Shown: piece by piece, positions 12,180 through 25,103 of the stretch | Layout: each line of letters begins with the position of its first letter | Position numbering within the stretch: the first letter of the stretch is position 1 | Origin: Azolla caroliniana | Lineage: Eukaryota; Plantae; Polypodiophyta | Assembly: GCA_043228905.1 (NCBI GenBank) | Contig: JBHGNT010000008.1 | Coordinates: 5,890,001-5,954,000, forward strand | DNA length: 64,000 bases | Direction: 5' to 3' | Program-made: the position numbers and the translations under genes | Notes under the pieces: generated by a model | What the model saw: the letters and a program-made list of their open reading frames with translations, nothing else | Told to the model about the DNA's origin: nothing | Databases searched by the model: none

Positions 12180-15100
12180 CACCGTCAATACGATTATGGC
12201 GGAAGTCCAACAAAGTCACGACATGACAACAAACAAAAAACATTGATTGGGTCACGCAAAATGAGATACGTCAGACGACCCAAGCATGGGTAGAAAAAGC
12301 GAACGCAGCAAATACGGAATGCATGCGGAAGGAGTCTGTGAACAATGTGGAGCCTTCGGAGGAAGATGTAATATCTTCGGATCCCTTATGGCAAGCATTG
12401 GCAGGCCGCGAGATAACATTGACCATGGAGAAACTACTTCAACTAGTCCCACGGTTCGGCCAGGCCATGGAGGATCGCATAACGGGCATACTTGGGGTAG
12501 GCATCTCCGCCAATTTTACGGACATCAGCGCCGGACCATCAGTGGTGGATCACCACAATCCGGCTATTAAGTTGATATTACACGGTCAGGAAATCACAGG
12601 ATGCGTAATTGAAGGCGGCTCTAGTGTCAATGTAATTAGCGTGAAGACATGCGAACAATTGGGAATTTCAGAATGGGAAGCTTGCCCGTTTTGGTTTTGC
12701 ATGGCGGATACCCGCTCCGTACGGCCTTTAGGCTTAATCCACAAGTTAGGCATTATCGTCGGAGGACATCACTTCGACATCTCGGCGGTGGTCCTTGCCC
12801 TCGATGCCCCAAGAGCATATCCTATGCTGCTTGGCAAACCGTGGCTTCGTTCAACAAATATCAAATAGAGCTGGCAACATAAGTGCATCAGCTTTCGACG
12901 CAGACGCACCAAGGTTCGCGTACCAACAGAGGAAATGACGACACAACCCAAGGGCATCACACTGTTATACACGGAAGATATAAATATGTTGGATGGGGTG
13001 GATGATACAGAATTAGAAGGATACTTAGACGAGCACCCTCGGATCATTCCGCTATTCGAAATTGACGTCATAGAAGCCGCGGCGGAATACGCCATGCCCA
13101 CTGAGCTCCACAATGAGGCTTACGAACCAGACCCAGAGTCAGTATTAGAACTAAGTAGAGCACGGGCAATGTTCGAGAGGGAAATGGAAATTTCACGACG
13201 AGTCACTGCCTCAGCCCTAGAAGAAGTAAACATGGGTACGACGTCAAAACCCTGATTCCTCTCCATCGCAAAAGAATTACCGCCGGATCAGAGAGACGTG
13301 ATGATAGCACTACTCAGGAAGTATAAAGATGTGTTCACCTGGTCCCACGAGGACATGAAGGGATTGGATCCGAAGTTCTATCAACATAAGATCAATTTAG
13401 CGACCGATGCGAAACCGGTCCAGCAACGTCGATACAACATGAACCCAAACTACGCAGCTCGCGTAAAAGAAGAAATTGACAAACTCCTCAAGGCCAGATT
13501 CATTCAACCAGTCAAACAAGCTACATGGTTAAGCCTGATAGTAGTCGTCCCAAAGAAAAAGGGCAAAATACGTGTATGTGTGGACTACCGGAAATTGAAT
13601 GCCATGACCATTACCGACACATTCCCTTTACCGTTCACTAACAGCGTACTGGACGCCGTCGCAGGGCATGACATGTACAGTTTTTTAGATGGCTTCAGTG
13701 GGTACAATCAAGTACGCATGCACCCTGCCGACCAAGAGAAGACGACGTTTGTCACAGACTGGGGCATCTATGTCGCAGTCGTCATGATGTTCGGGCTAAA
13801 GACAGCGCCGACTACATTTCAACGGACAATCACGAAGATTTTTGGGGAATATATACTGGCCTTCATGTAGGTCTTTTTAGACGATTTTGCGGTATATGGG
13901 ACAACAACCGACCATTTTTCGCATCTATAGCTTTGCCTGGAGCCTTGCCGAACCGCGCGCTTAAGCTTGAATCCCGCCAAATGCGCCTTCGGCATTACCA
14001 GCGGGGCTCTCCTCGGCCACATAGTCAGTAAGGAAGGAATAACAATTGATTTGAACAAAATCTTTGCGATTACTCACGCGACAACACCGACAAACACGAA
14101 AGCACTCAGCCAGTTTCTGGGACAAATACGATGGCACAGTCGGATGATACGCTATTTGGCGAACTTCGCCACACCATGACATGCCGCCGTTCATCGTACT
14201 CCTTTCAAATGGACAACAACGGAAGAGAAGGCGTATGATGCGCTAAAGATAATGCTAACGCAGGCACCCGTCGTACAATCACCAGTTTGGGCAAAACCAT
14301 TCCACGTGTTTGTGGATGCCTCAGACATAGCCATAGGTAGTGCACTAATGTAGCTCATTGAGCCGAATTGGTACCGAGCAATGTACTACACTAGTCGGAA
14401 ACTATCAATGATTGAGCGTAACTATTCCACAATGGAGGAAGCATTGGGTATGATATACAACATCAACAAGTTCCGGCATTATCTGCTACGACGGAAATTC
14501 ACATTTCATGTGGATCATTCGGCATTGCTATATTTGGTAGGGAAATAGTCGCTGACGGGGAAATTGGCTAGATGGATGCTGCTGCTTGAAGAATTCGACT
14601 TTGTAATTCAGCACCGACCGGGTACGCAACACATGGTGGCAGATTTCTTGAGCCGACTAGATAATGGAGAAACGGCACAAAAAGATGACGACAAATTTCC
14701 GGATGTAGACATCCTGAGTGTAGCAACTCTAGCAGAACGAATGGAAAAGACTTTTCCGGATCGGTGGCTGATGGAAATGACCTACTTCCTGACCACGGGG
14801 TTATCACCACCCCAATTAAGGACAGACGAGAAAAAACGGCTGGCCGTACGAAGTCGAAATTTCTGTTTAGTAGAGGACATCCTATACCACAAAGGTAGTG
14901 ACGACATCTGGAGGCGCGGAATATGGCAGGATGAGAAGGCCGCGGTTCTACGTGAAGCCCACTGTGATACGGCGGGAGGACATTACGCGGGCGATGTTAC
15001 GGCCCGGAAAATCTGGCAAGGGGGACTTTGGTGGCCGACTACGCAAAACGATGCGTATGAATATTGCAGACAGTGCGATTTATGTCAACGACTGGGCCAA

Positions 15101-16230
15101 CCCACAGAAGTTGCAAGAATGCCACACCAACCAGTGTTGCCACTAGATCCTTTCCAAAAGTGGGGGCTAGATTTTGTGGAACCCTTTACCCTGGCGGCCG
15201 CTCGAACAGGCAATAAGTATATCTTGGTGGCCACGGATTACTGTACCAAGTGGGTAGAAGTGAAACCACTACGCGAGAATACCGCGACAGTCACGGCGAA
15301 ATTCCTTTATGAACACATCTGGTGTCATTTCGGTTGCCCTATTGAGCTCATTAGTGACCAAGGGAGTCGCTTTCTTAAAATACGGTCATTAGGGAACTGA
15401 CCCAAGATTACACTGTGGTTCACAAAAGAAGTACGCCGTATTACCCACAGGCAAATGGCTTGGCAGAATCCACGAACAAAACCCTACAAACTATCCTTAA
15501 AAAGATAGTCAATGAGAACAGAACGGATTGGGATAACAAATTGCACAACGTGTTATGGGCATACCGTACCAGCTATAAGACCAACATACAATCAACGCCT
15601 TTTAGGCTAGCATTTGGGATGGAGGCCGTGATGCCAGTCGAATTCCAGGTACCCAGTCTGTGGATTCAAGTACGAGCCTAGCTACCAGAGGGCAAATCTG
15701 AGCAAATACGGCTACAACAACTGTTGGAGCTAGGCGAAACACGGTTACGTAGTATGGCCATATTGGAGCAGGAACAATGGCGGCGCAAAGTGTTCGTGGA
15801 CCGACACTGGCATGCGCGGGAAAAAGATTTGCGCCGCCGTTGTTCCTGCTCCAATATGGCCATACTGCGTAACCGTGTTTCGCCTAGCTCCAGCAGTTGT
15901 TGTAGCCGTATTTGCTCAGATTTGCCCTCTGGTAGCTGGGCTCGTACTTGAATCCACAGACTGGGTACCTGGAATTCGACTAGCATCACGGGAAAGCGGT
16001 ATTAGTTTTCCAAACATGCATGGGGCATATGCTAGGAAAATTAAGATTCCGTTGGACAGGCCCGTACTAGATAGTGGGAGCGGAACAGGGTACATTTCAA
16101 CTTGGCACGTTGGCCGGGGAAGTATTACAACAAAAAGTGAATGGGTTTTGCCTTAAACCTTATATGGGCCCTATGCCACCTAACCTGTTCCCCGCTGAAC
16201 AGGACAAAGTTGGGAAATCCGCGGAGTAAG
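12180..16230 (+). pseudogene. pol: Element B pol (protease, RT, RNase H, integrase) with stops and an inverted duplication
   Basis: FLDGFSGYNQ, FLDD, VDAS, GGHY...GLWWPT, WGLDF, YYPQANG, FRWTGP. Confidence 0.9.
15626..15991. repeat. Inverted repeat: 164-bp arms (15626-15789 / 15828-15991), 38-bp loop
   Basis: Right arm is the reverse complement of the left arm; 5 mismatches seen, all transitions. Confidence 0.95.
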
Positions 16231-16378
16231 TATGGGGCTCCATTTGTACTATAGTGTAAAAAGAATATTGTATGTAACCATTACGAAAAAGAGAAAAGAA
16301 AAAAAGAGAAGATAGCAACGCTATTAAAAGGACTTAAGGCATGCACAGACTTCTAGGCCAAGAACACGTGGCACCACG

Positions 16379-19246
16379 ATGGCTCACCAACCAATGAACC
16401 CTAGGCCACAAGAAGAAGGAAATAGAAGGTTTTCTGCACAGTACAGAAACCAACCTTCTAACTCTCATTGCTCTCATCCCTCCCGTCCCTCACCCTCTTC
16501 TCCATCCTATCACAGAGCTCAAGTTCGCCATAGCCAACAGTCCTCACCCATTAGCCAACAGCCTAACCATCCGAATGTGCCGATACCTATTTCTGCCGCC
16601 TTGCGTCAATGGCTTGTCGAGAAACGCTTGGATGGATACATCAGAGTCGCCGAGGTACCTCCCCACCCTGACGCACTGGACATCGCTAGGAAGCTCAATA
16701 TCGACACGGTCACCAACACATCCATCCGGAAAAAGCTTGACCTGTCATCACTAGGAGAAAGGCATTTCGAAATTCCTCATGCAGAAACTTTGCAGAGATA
16801 TCTTGGGCCATATTCGGCGTCCGCCAAGGCATACAGAATGAAGGAAATCCCCGACCCCTTTTTCCGCGAAATAGCCAAGTTCTTGTTGGAGGTCGGATGC
16901 GTACAGGTAAATGCATATGGGATGCCCAAGCAGAAGGCAGGTATCATCATTGATACCTTTGAAGGGTGCACGGTCAATTGGGGGGTCATTACGGGACCAG
17001 TGTTACGGGAAGTCCTACACGCATATCAAGGAGGAAAAAATCTAAGGCCTATCATACAACAGTATCTAACGATACTATTCCCACCCTGAGGATTTCCGGC
17101 ACCGTAGCCTAGGAAACCCACGCCGCTGCCAGGATCCGCGAAGCGAAGGTTAGTGGAGTTGGCCACCACAGAGTGGGAAGATGAACCCCAATCAGCCCAG
17201 ACAAACACGCGAACAACACAGGAAGAACGGGCAGAGCGCAACGAGGAAGCGGCGCAGGAGCCAGAAGCCGGAAGCCAAACCAAGTCAAGGCAGCTCAAGG
17301 TCGAAACGGCGTAGGCTGGACAGGAAAGATGGGCGCGGGTTAGTTAAAGACACACTCGCGGCCACAGAGACGACGACCGTGGTCGACAGCGCCATAGCTA
17401 CAGAGCCCAACACCACCTTCGAAATAATCTGGGAACCACAACCGATCATTACGGCCCAGTCACAACGGGGGAAAGGCGTATTTACGGCGGAAAGCGAGGT
17501 CCTGGCGTATCCGGACATTCCGGACACGGCCCATGAGTTCGGCGCAATATTACAGTTCGGAACCACTTTTGAACTCATGAAATATTTGGCAACACAACAA
17601 ATAAAAGTCTCACAACGAATGGTCGGGGAGCACGCGGAGCGCCAAATGATCGAGCGCGCGCTAACACAAACGGCGAAAAGTGATGATGAGGAGAAGTTAG
17701 CCAGAGTCGGCAAACAGTGGAACGCCGGTATACGCCGAATGGGGATGGAACTACCCCCATTAAACGCGGCCCTTGTTGAAGTTCATAGGGAATTGGCGAA
17801 GGTCAGTATGGGAGCCAAGGATATGGCGATTAAAAATAAAAATGTTTGGAAGACTGTTAAACTGACCCAAGCCGAGCTACAAAAGGCCAATGCACGCATC
17901 GCGGAGTTGGAACGTAACGCGACTACGGCACAACAGGCAGCTCCACCAACAGCCAATGCTGCCAAGGCCTTGAGAGAAAAAATTGAAGCCCAGACCGCCA
18001 TTGCCTCGAAAGCAAAACGGGTCGTGTAATTGGCGGAATCGGAGATTGACCGTCTCCGCTCCGAACTTCTCTAGTCTTCGGACAGAGAAAAGGAAATCTA
18101 GGCCAACGTCCGAAAGGCAGTGAAGACCCTTGAAGAGAAACTCGTAGCGGAGGAGGCAACACAACACACCCACATGAAAGAAGAAAACACCAAACTACGG
18201 GAGGAAGCGAAAAAATCGGAAGCGGCGATTACGATACTCCAAGCGTTATTAGACAAGAAGAAAGCATGGTTCGACAAGCAGCTGGTAGGGGAACAACAGA
18301 GGAGGCATCAACTCGAAATCCACCTAAACAATGAAATGGGGAAGCTGGAAGAATTACATTCGAAGGAATCTCAGCTATGGTAAGAAATGAGGAAGCGGCG
18401 GCGGTTAGTAAACAAGAAATCGAAAACCTCAAGAAAACCGTAGAAGAAGCACACAACTGTTGCCAAACAATAACCGACAACATGCGCATACTTCTTCAAA
18501 CAAATCGGGAGAGGTTTACATCGCAATTAAAAGTGGCGCTAGACAAAGGCTGGATGGCGTGGGCCGCACAAGCGGCGGAATTGCATACATACCGGGCGGA
18601 CTGGGAGAACCGAAGGAAAGACGGCCGAGGGTTCTACAAACTCAATGAGGAAAGCATTGCGGCAATACGTGAGGACCTAGCGCAGGACTATCGCACACTA
18701 GTTGACCAACACTCCGAGGAACTCGCGCAACTACTAGATGATTACGACAAAAGTCAGGAGGAACTATTTCACCAAATCATGCAAGCCGGCAGCACACGAA
18801 CAAATGAGGAATCCATCGCGTTACCAATTCCGGGTACTGCTGAACAAGAGGAACCTCAACCCATGTCACTAGAAATAACCGCTATGGTGGATAGCACAGA
18901 ATGGCAAGCGGAGCCCGCCACGATACCGGAAAGCGAAACCGCCGACCCAGAGGATCCCCAGCCCCATTCACCGAAGCGTACAACTACGGCCGACACCACG
19001 GAGGAAGTTACAGATGAGACAGAACCTCGACCTACCGCGAGCCCGCCGACGGCTGAACCAACCACAATAGCACAAGATGAGCCAGCAAAGCCCGGACCGC
19101 CCACCCAAGAAGCCAGTGACACCATGAGAAGCCCTACCGAGCAAGTAGCGGAACCACACAATGACGTGCCTATGGACACTACGCGGTCCCCGGACCCGGA
19201 CATCGGAGCAGAACAAAACATCGGGGCCATTTTGGAGGAAGATTAA
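16379..19246 (+). pseudogene. Element B extra ORF (about 950 codons, broken); coiled-coil rich with an acidic/Pro tail
   Basis: Collinear ORF pieces 16379-17089, 17181-18029, 18120-18383 and 18377-19246 between integrase and the 3' LTR. Confidence 0.75.
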
Positions 19247-21146
19247 AGGGGTGGGTCCGACGTGCCATGGCACTATCCCACAAGCGTGCCAGGTGTTGTC
19301 CACTGGAATAGTAACCGACGGACGGGAGTGCAGAAATATAGAATATAGTAAAAACGTAACACATGTAAACGGTTCACGCGGGAAGCGTGAACGGCTAAAA
19401 GACCCTGTGTCTATAAAGGGCAGAAATCCTCTGATAGAGGTAGCGTGTAATTTTGAATGGAGAAAGCATATCTTAATAGAGTTTTATCTTCTCTGATCCT
19501 TGTGCGTAACTGTGGTTAATCTACTGTGTGTCTGTGATTCTTGGTGGCGTAGCGTAGTCGTAAGAGCGTAGGTGTGAGTGACAGTGTGGTTACTAGTCCA
19601 TTGTCTAAGGAGTTCAGTTGCAACCGTCTCCTTTATACGCTACTAGGATACGGGAGGTATCCCATTAAGTATTACGCTACGATGGTACCATTTGTTGCAA
19701 CACAGTCACTTTGAGGTCTAGGTCGAAGGACTGATTGTAGACCGTGTTCCTAATTGGTAACAATATGCCTCGATTACGTGTCTCGGTTTCATCATATTTT
19801 GGCTATTTGATGTTGCGATTTTTCTTAATATACCCATATGTGGTCACGTGTATATATATGTGTATGTTAGTTATAACGTAATTTCTATATCGAATGTTGT
19901 CCTTTTCGGGGAAAGGATCTTGGTGTCCGTCCTCACATTTTTGTGAGAATGGCGTAGTCATCATCCTTTTTTCAACAATCGTTTTGGTTGACATCCCCGT
20001 TGGTCACTTTGATTTCATTACGTAACGAAACGATTATAGCCACAATGATGGTGACAACGTAGGGCTTGACCCACTTCATGTGAGGTCGCTCCTAAGACAC
20101 ACATATCCAAAATCCCTCCCTCATTACATGGATACGATGCCACCATGAGATCATTGTTGCAAAAGACATTCGTAATGATGTAACCATGTGATGGGCCACG
20201 TGGGCCTACTACATATATGTTTCTTTTAAAAAAACATATATGAGCAAATGCCTCGCATATCTCTTATACGCATTAAACATTAAACATTAAATATTTGGTT
20301 AGCTCAAGTGTTTAATGCATTTGTTCTCGAGGTCTCGAGTTCAAATATGACCAAGACCATACAACATTGTTGATACATATGACTATAATGCATGTTTAGA
20401 GTTTAGGTCTAAGTCCACTTAGGGGTCCTCGTAATAAGACTTAAAAGAGCCGAAACCTCATACGTGGGCACAGAAACATAGTTTATTGTTAACATTTTTT
20501 TCGTGTCTAAACTATTCATGACGCGAACATACATGGTTGAGCCTTGGGGAGCCGCCATGGAAAAAATCGATATAGAGATCAGGGAAAAACATTCATTTGT
20601 CACCCCCATGGTTTATAAAACACCTTTGTGTTACCATAGTAACTTGATCTTGAACCTCATCTCATACGTCTAGAGGGGTATTGACATGAGATCATGATAT
20701 TGATTAATGTTGGCCCATGATATGTTTACATCATGACTTGGTGTTATGACTATTTGTCGGACCTTATCCTATTTCTTTGCGAAAAATAATCATTCAATGG
20801 CTCAAAATAATGACCCAATGTCATCCACTCAAACGGAAGGAACTCAAGGAAATCCTCCTGGAGCAATCTCCATTGAGTTGTATTTCTTACAAATACAAAA
20901 TTTCCTTAGTTCAACCGCTCATCAGATGTCCAAACTTTGGCAATCTCAAAGTGCTCTCGAGGCGCGTGTCATTAGTTTGCAACGTGACACTAATAGACCC
21001 GATGAGCGTCGGGGTGAACCATCATTTGTCGTAAAGCCTTTTACGGGAGAAATAAAAGGAAAGAACCGAAGAAGCAATCTGCATGTGGTTGGGCCGATGG
21101 GAGTCTCATTTTGAGCTCAGTGTCATGAATCCGTGAACATTATGTG

Positions 21147-21215
21147 GCTTCACTTGGGCTTGAACCCAAGACGTTGTAATACATAATCAAGAACCTAACC
21201 ATTAAGATAACATAT
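21147..21215 (-). promoter_or_regulatory. tRNA-like A/B-box module in D LTR (copy about 24898-24966)
   Basis: TATCTTAATGG-33 nt-GTTCAAGCC within a CTTGGG/CCCAAG stem. Confidence 0.6.
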
Positions 21216-21422
21216 GATTATATGAAATAATAAACGCTACTTCTTGTAATAGATTGATATTGTAAATGTTCTAAAACATCCTAGAACATCCTAGAACATC
21301 TTAGAATATTCTAGAACATTATAGAAATCACTAGGTTATTCTATAGGAACCTATAAATATGGATATACAATTCTTCTCAAACCAATTGGAATCAAACTGT
21401 CAGAACCAAGAGAGAAGGTAAA

Positions 21423-24400
21423 CATCAAATAGCCTTGCATAAACTTCCTTGCCCAATTTTCGTAGTAGTGATTGATGGACGTCCCATAGCTTTTGGAAAG
21501 ATATTCGAGGAGTCTGAGCCGATACACATACTCTTAGGTGATTTAGGATGTGTTCCTTTAACATAATCCGTAGCCCTGAGCATCCAATAGTCCTTGGTTT
21601 GCCATGGTTCGAGTTACACAACCCAAGAATTGATTGGAGATGACAAGAAATTAGGTGCCCTTCAAAAGGAAACTTAGTAGTCAAGGGTCAAACCCAGGAT
21701 CCTCCCTTGAAAAACATAGAGTTACCAATTCACTCTCTGCCAAACATGTTGTTCGTCTTCATCAAATTTCAACCATCACCCTAGAACAATTATGCCAAGA
21801 AGGAGCAAAAGAAGATTTATTCTTATTTGCCATATCAGATGCACCTTCTAGTGACACTCAAGGGACGTCAGAGGTCTACATTCCTAAAAAGTACCAAGAA
21901 TATGCTGATGTCTTCGACAAAGTCAAAGCTAATGTACTTCCAAAGCATCGGCCATACGATTGTCCCATTGATCTACAATCAGGAAAAGAGCCACCATGGG
22001 GTCCGATCTACAATCTGTCACCAACGGAGCTTGAGGTTCTTCGAGCATACATTGACGAGAATCTTGCAAGTGGATTTATTCGACATTCAAAGTCTCCAGC
22101 TGGTGCTCCTATCTTTTTCGTGAAGAAAAAGGACGACTCACTTTGTTTGGTTGTGGATTATCGGGGATTAAATAAAGTGACAATAAGAAATAGGTATGCT
22201 CTACCTTTAATTTCTAGTCTTTTGGAGCGCATTGGTGGGGCAAAGAATTTTACCAAGATTGATCTAAGGGGTGCATATAATCTTGTCTGTATTCAACCGG
22301 GAGACGAGTGGAAGAGTGCATTTCAAACTCGATATGGCCATTTTGAGTATACAATTATGCTTTTGGGCTCACAAATGCTCTTGTCGTGTTTCAACATATG
22401 GCAAATGACATTTTCTGAGATTTTCTAGATATCTTTCTTATCATCTATTTAGATGATCTATTGATTTACTCTAGAACACAAGCGGAGCATGATATACATG
22501 TCTGGAAGGTACTCCAACGCTTGAGAGAGTATGGTCTTTATGCCAAACTAGAGAAGTACAGTTTTGATTGCAAAGAAGCTGATTTCTTGGGTTATACCAT
22601 TTCATCCAAAGGTATCTTCATGGATCCAACGAAAGTTCAAACAGTATTGGAATGGCATACTCCAAGTTCCGTTCGCGATGTCCAATGTTTCCTTGGATTT
22701 GCCAACTTCTACCGCAAATTCATATGGAATTATTCGAAGATTGTATTGCCACTTACTCAACTCACCAAGAAAAATCAAGCATTTGTTTGGACTCCTAAAG
22801 CAGGCAAAGCCTTTACTCAGTTGAAAGAGGCATTCACATCAGCTCCTGTCATAGCTCATGTTGATCCAGAAAAGCCATTTATCATTGAGGCAGATGCATC
22901 CGACTTTGCATTGGGGAGCATCCTATCACAACCAAGTGAAGATGGGCACTTATATCCAGTCGTGTTTCACTCAAGAAAGTTTAATGTTGCGGAGATCAAC
23001 TACGGGGTGCATGACAAAGAGTTACTAGTTGTGGTCGACTCTTTTGCGCAATGGAGACATTTCCTGGAAGGTTCACCTCATCAAATCATCATTTATAGTG
23101 ACCACAAAAATGTTACATATTTTTAGACGGCTTGAGTGCTAAATAGGCGACATGCTCGGTGGGCGCAATTTTTAACTCGTTTTCATTTCAAGATCATTTT
23201 CCGCCCAGGGAACCAACAAGGGCAAGCAGATGCTCTATCTTGATGCTCATATTTGGCACTTCGCCTTGGAGATCTAGCTTTCGACAATCAAAAGCAAGTT
23301 CCCCTTAGTCCAACAAAGCTACAAGCAACCATGGTTTGTGCCACGCCATTGGATTCAAGTCTTCTTGATACTATTTGACAACAACTTAACTCTGATGATT
23401 TTGCTATGGATGTCCTCACCCACCTTGGTCCAAATCATGCCTTTTGCTCCACATTGCCAAGGACATCTCGACGCTATAAGGAGTTCAAGTGGCAAGATAA
23501 CTTACTTTTCTACAAGAATCTACTTTATGTCCCTGATGGATCACCACGCCTTCGAGTGTTGGAGCACTGTCATGATACCCGTATGGCCGGACACTTTGGT
23601 ATTGCCAAGACCATGGAGCTAGTCAAGTGATCATTTTGGTGGCCTCATTTACAACAATTTGTTGAAGATTATGTTCGCACATGTGACAAATGTTGTCGAG
23701 CTGAAATGCCTAGGCATCATCCTTATGGGTTGTCACAACCATTGTTGACTCCGAGCAAGCCATGGCAGTCAATTACTATGGATTTCATTACAGATCTGCC
23801 ACCTTCACAAGGTTTTGATGCTATTTTAACCGCAATGGATCGATTTACCAAGATGGTCCATTTTCTACCCTGCGTAAAAAGCATCAGTAGTCAAGAAACA
23901 ACATATATCATTATGCGTGAAGTATTTCGCCATCATGGTCTTCCAAACGACATAATTAGTGATCGTGGACCGCAATTTATCTCTCACTTTTGGAAGCACC
24001 TATGTAACGGGCTCCGAATCTCTTGCAAACTCTCTTCAGCATATCATCCCGAAATTGATGGCCAAACAGAGCGCACAAATCAAACACTTGAGCAGTATCT
24101 TCGATGTTTCATCAGTTATCAACAAGATGATTGGAGTATTATATTGTATCTTGTAGAGTTTGCATACAATAACACCATACACTCTTCTACCAAGGTCACA
24201 CCTTTCTATGCCTACACTGGCAACCATCCTCGATGGTGTCTCTTGGACATTCCAGTGATCTCACCAAACCCTAGTGTAGAGCAACACCTCCATCGACTAC
24301 AACATCTTCAGTCTGAGTTGTCTTCACATCTTCAAAGAGCTCAAGCCCAACATAAGGCCCATGCAGATTGACATCGTCTTCCGTCTCCATTCAAGGTTGG

Positions 24401-24871
24401 TGATCAGGTATGGTTGTTACGCCGTCACATAAAGACTACTCGACCGTGTGATAAACTAGATTATAAACGCTTGGGTCCTTTTGTCATCACGAAGCGGATT
24501 AATGATGCAACATTCCGTCTTGATCTTCCTGCAAGTTTGCGGTTTCATCCAGTCTTTCACAGCTCTCTTTTGGAACCTTAACACACTAGCTCGATTCCCA
24601 ATCATGTCGTGCCGCCACCGCCTCCTCTCCAACTTGCTAATGGCCCAGAGTATGAGGTAGCCTCCATTCTTGATTCAAAGATTGTGCGCAATAAGTTGCA
24701 TTATCTAGTTGATTGGCTAGGCTATACTCCGAGTGATCGCACATGGGAACCCGTCGATAATGTTTGTAATGCTCAAGCTCTTATTGACGACTTCCATCGT
24801 CACTATCCCAACAAACCCGGCCCTACATTGTTAACAAATCCTTCCACTCGTTGTTTTAAGAGGAAACATAG
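21423..24871 (+). pseudogene. pol: Element D pol with chromodomain
   Basis: SPAGAPIFFVKKKD, YLDD, EADASD, integrase, EYEVASILDSK...YLVDWLGY...TWEP; several stops and frameshifts. Confidence 0.9.
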
Positions 24872-25019
24872 TGTCATGAATCTGTGAACATTATGTGGCT
24901 TCACTTGGGCTTGAACCCAAGACCTTGTAATACATAATCAAGAACCTAACCATTAAGATAACATATGATTATATGAAATAATAAACGCTACTTCTTGTAA
25001 TAGACTGATATTGTAAATG

Positions 25020-25103
25020 TTCTAGAACATCCTAGAACATTCTAGAATATCCTAGAACATCTTAGAATATTCTAGGTCTAGAACATTCTAGAACATTATA
25101 GAA
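25020..25103 (+). promoter_or_regulatory. 10-bp tandem array forming heat-shock-element-like nGAAnnTTCnnGAAn repeats upstream of the D LTR TATA box (shorter copy 21269-21326)
   Basis: (T/C)CTAGAACAT units; GAACATTCTAGAA present. Confidence 0.6.

Larger units (their letters stand above)
4902..19762 (+). mobile_element. Element B: non-chromovirus Ty3/gypsy (Athila/Tat-type) with an extra 3' ORF, inserted in A's leader
   Basis: 469-bp LTRs 4902-5370 and 19294-19762 (TG..CA); TSD ATATG; PBS TGGCACGCTTGGTG from 5375. Confidence 0.93.

Noticed and set aside
15678-15989. Minus-strand integrase-like ORF as a separate gene
   Set aside because: It is the inverted duplicate arm.
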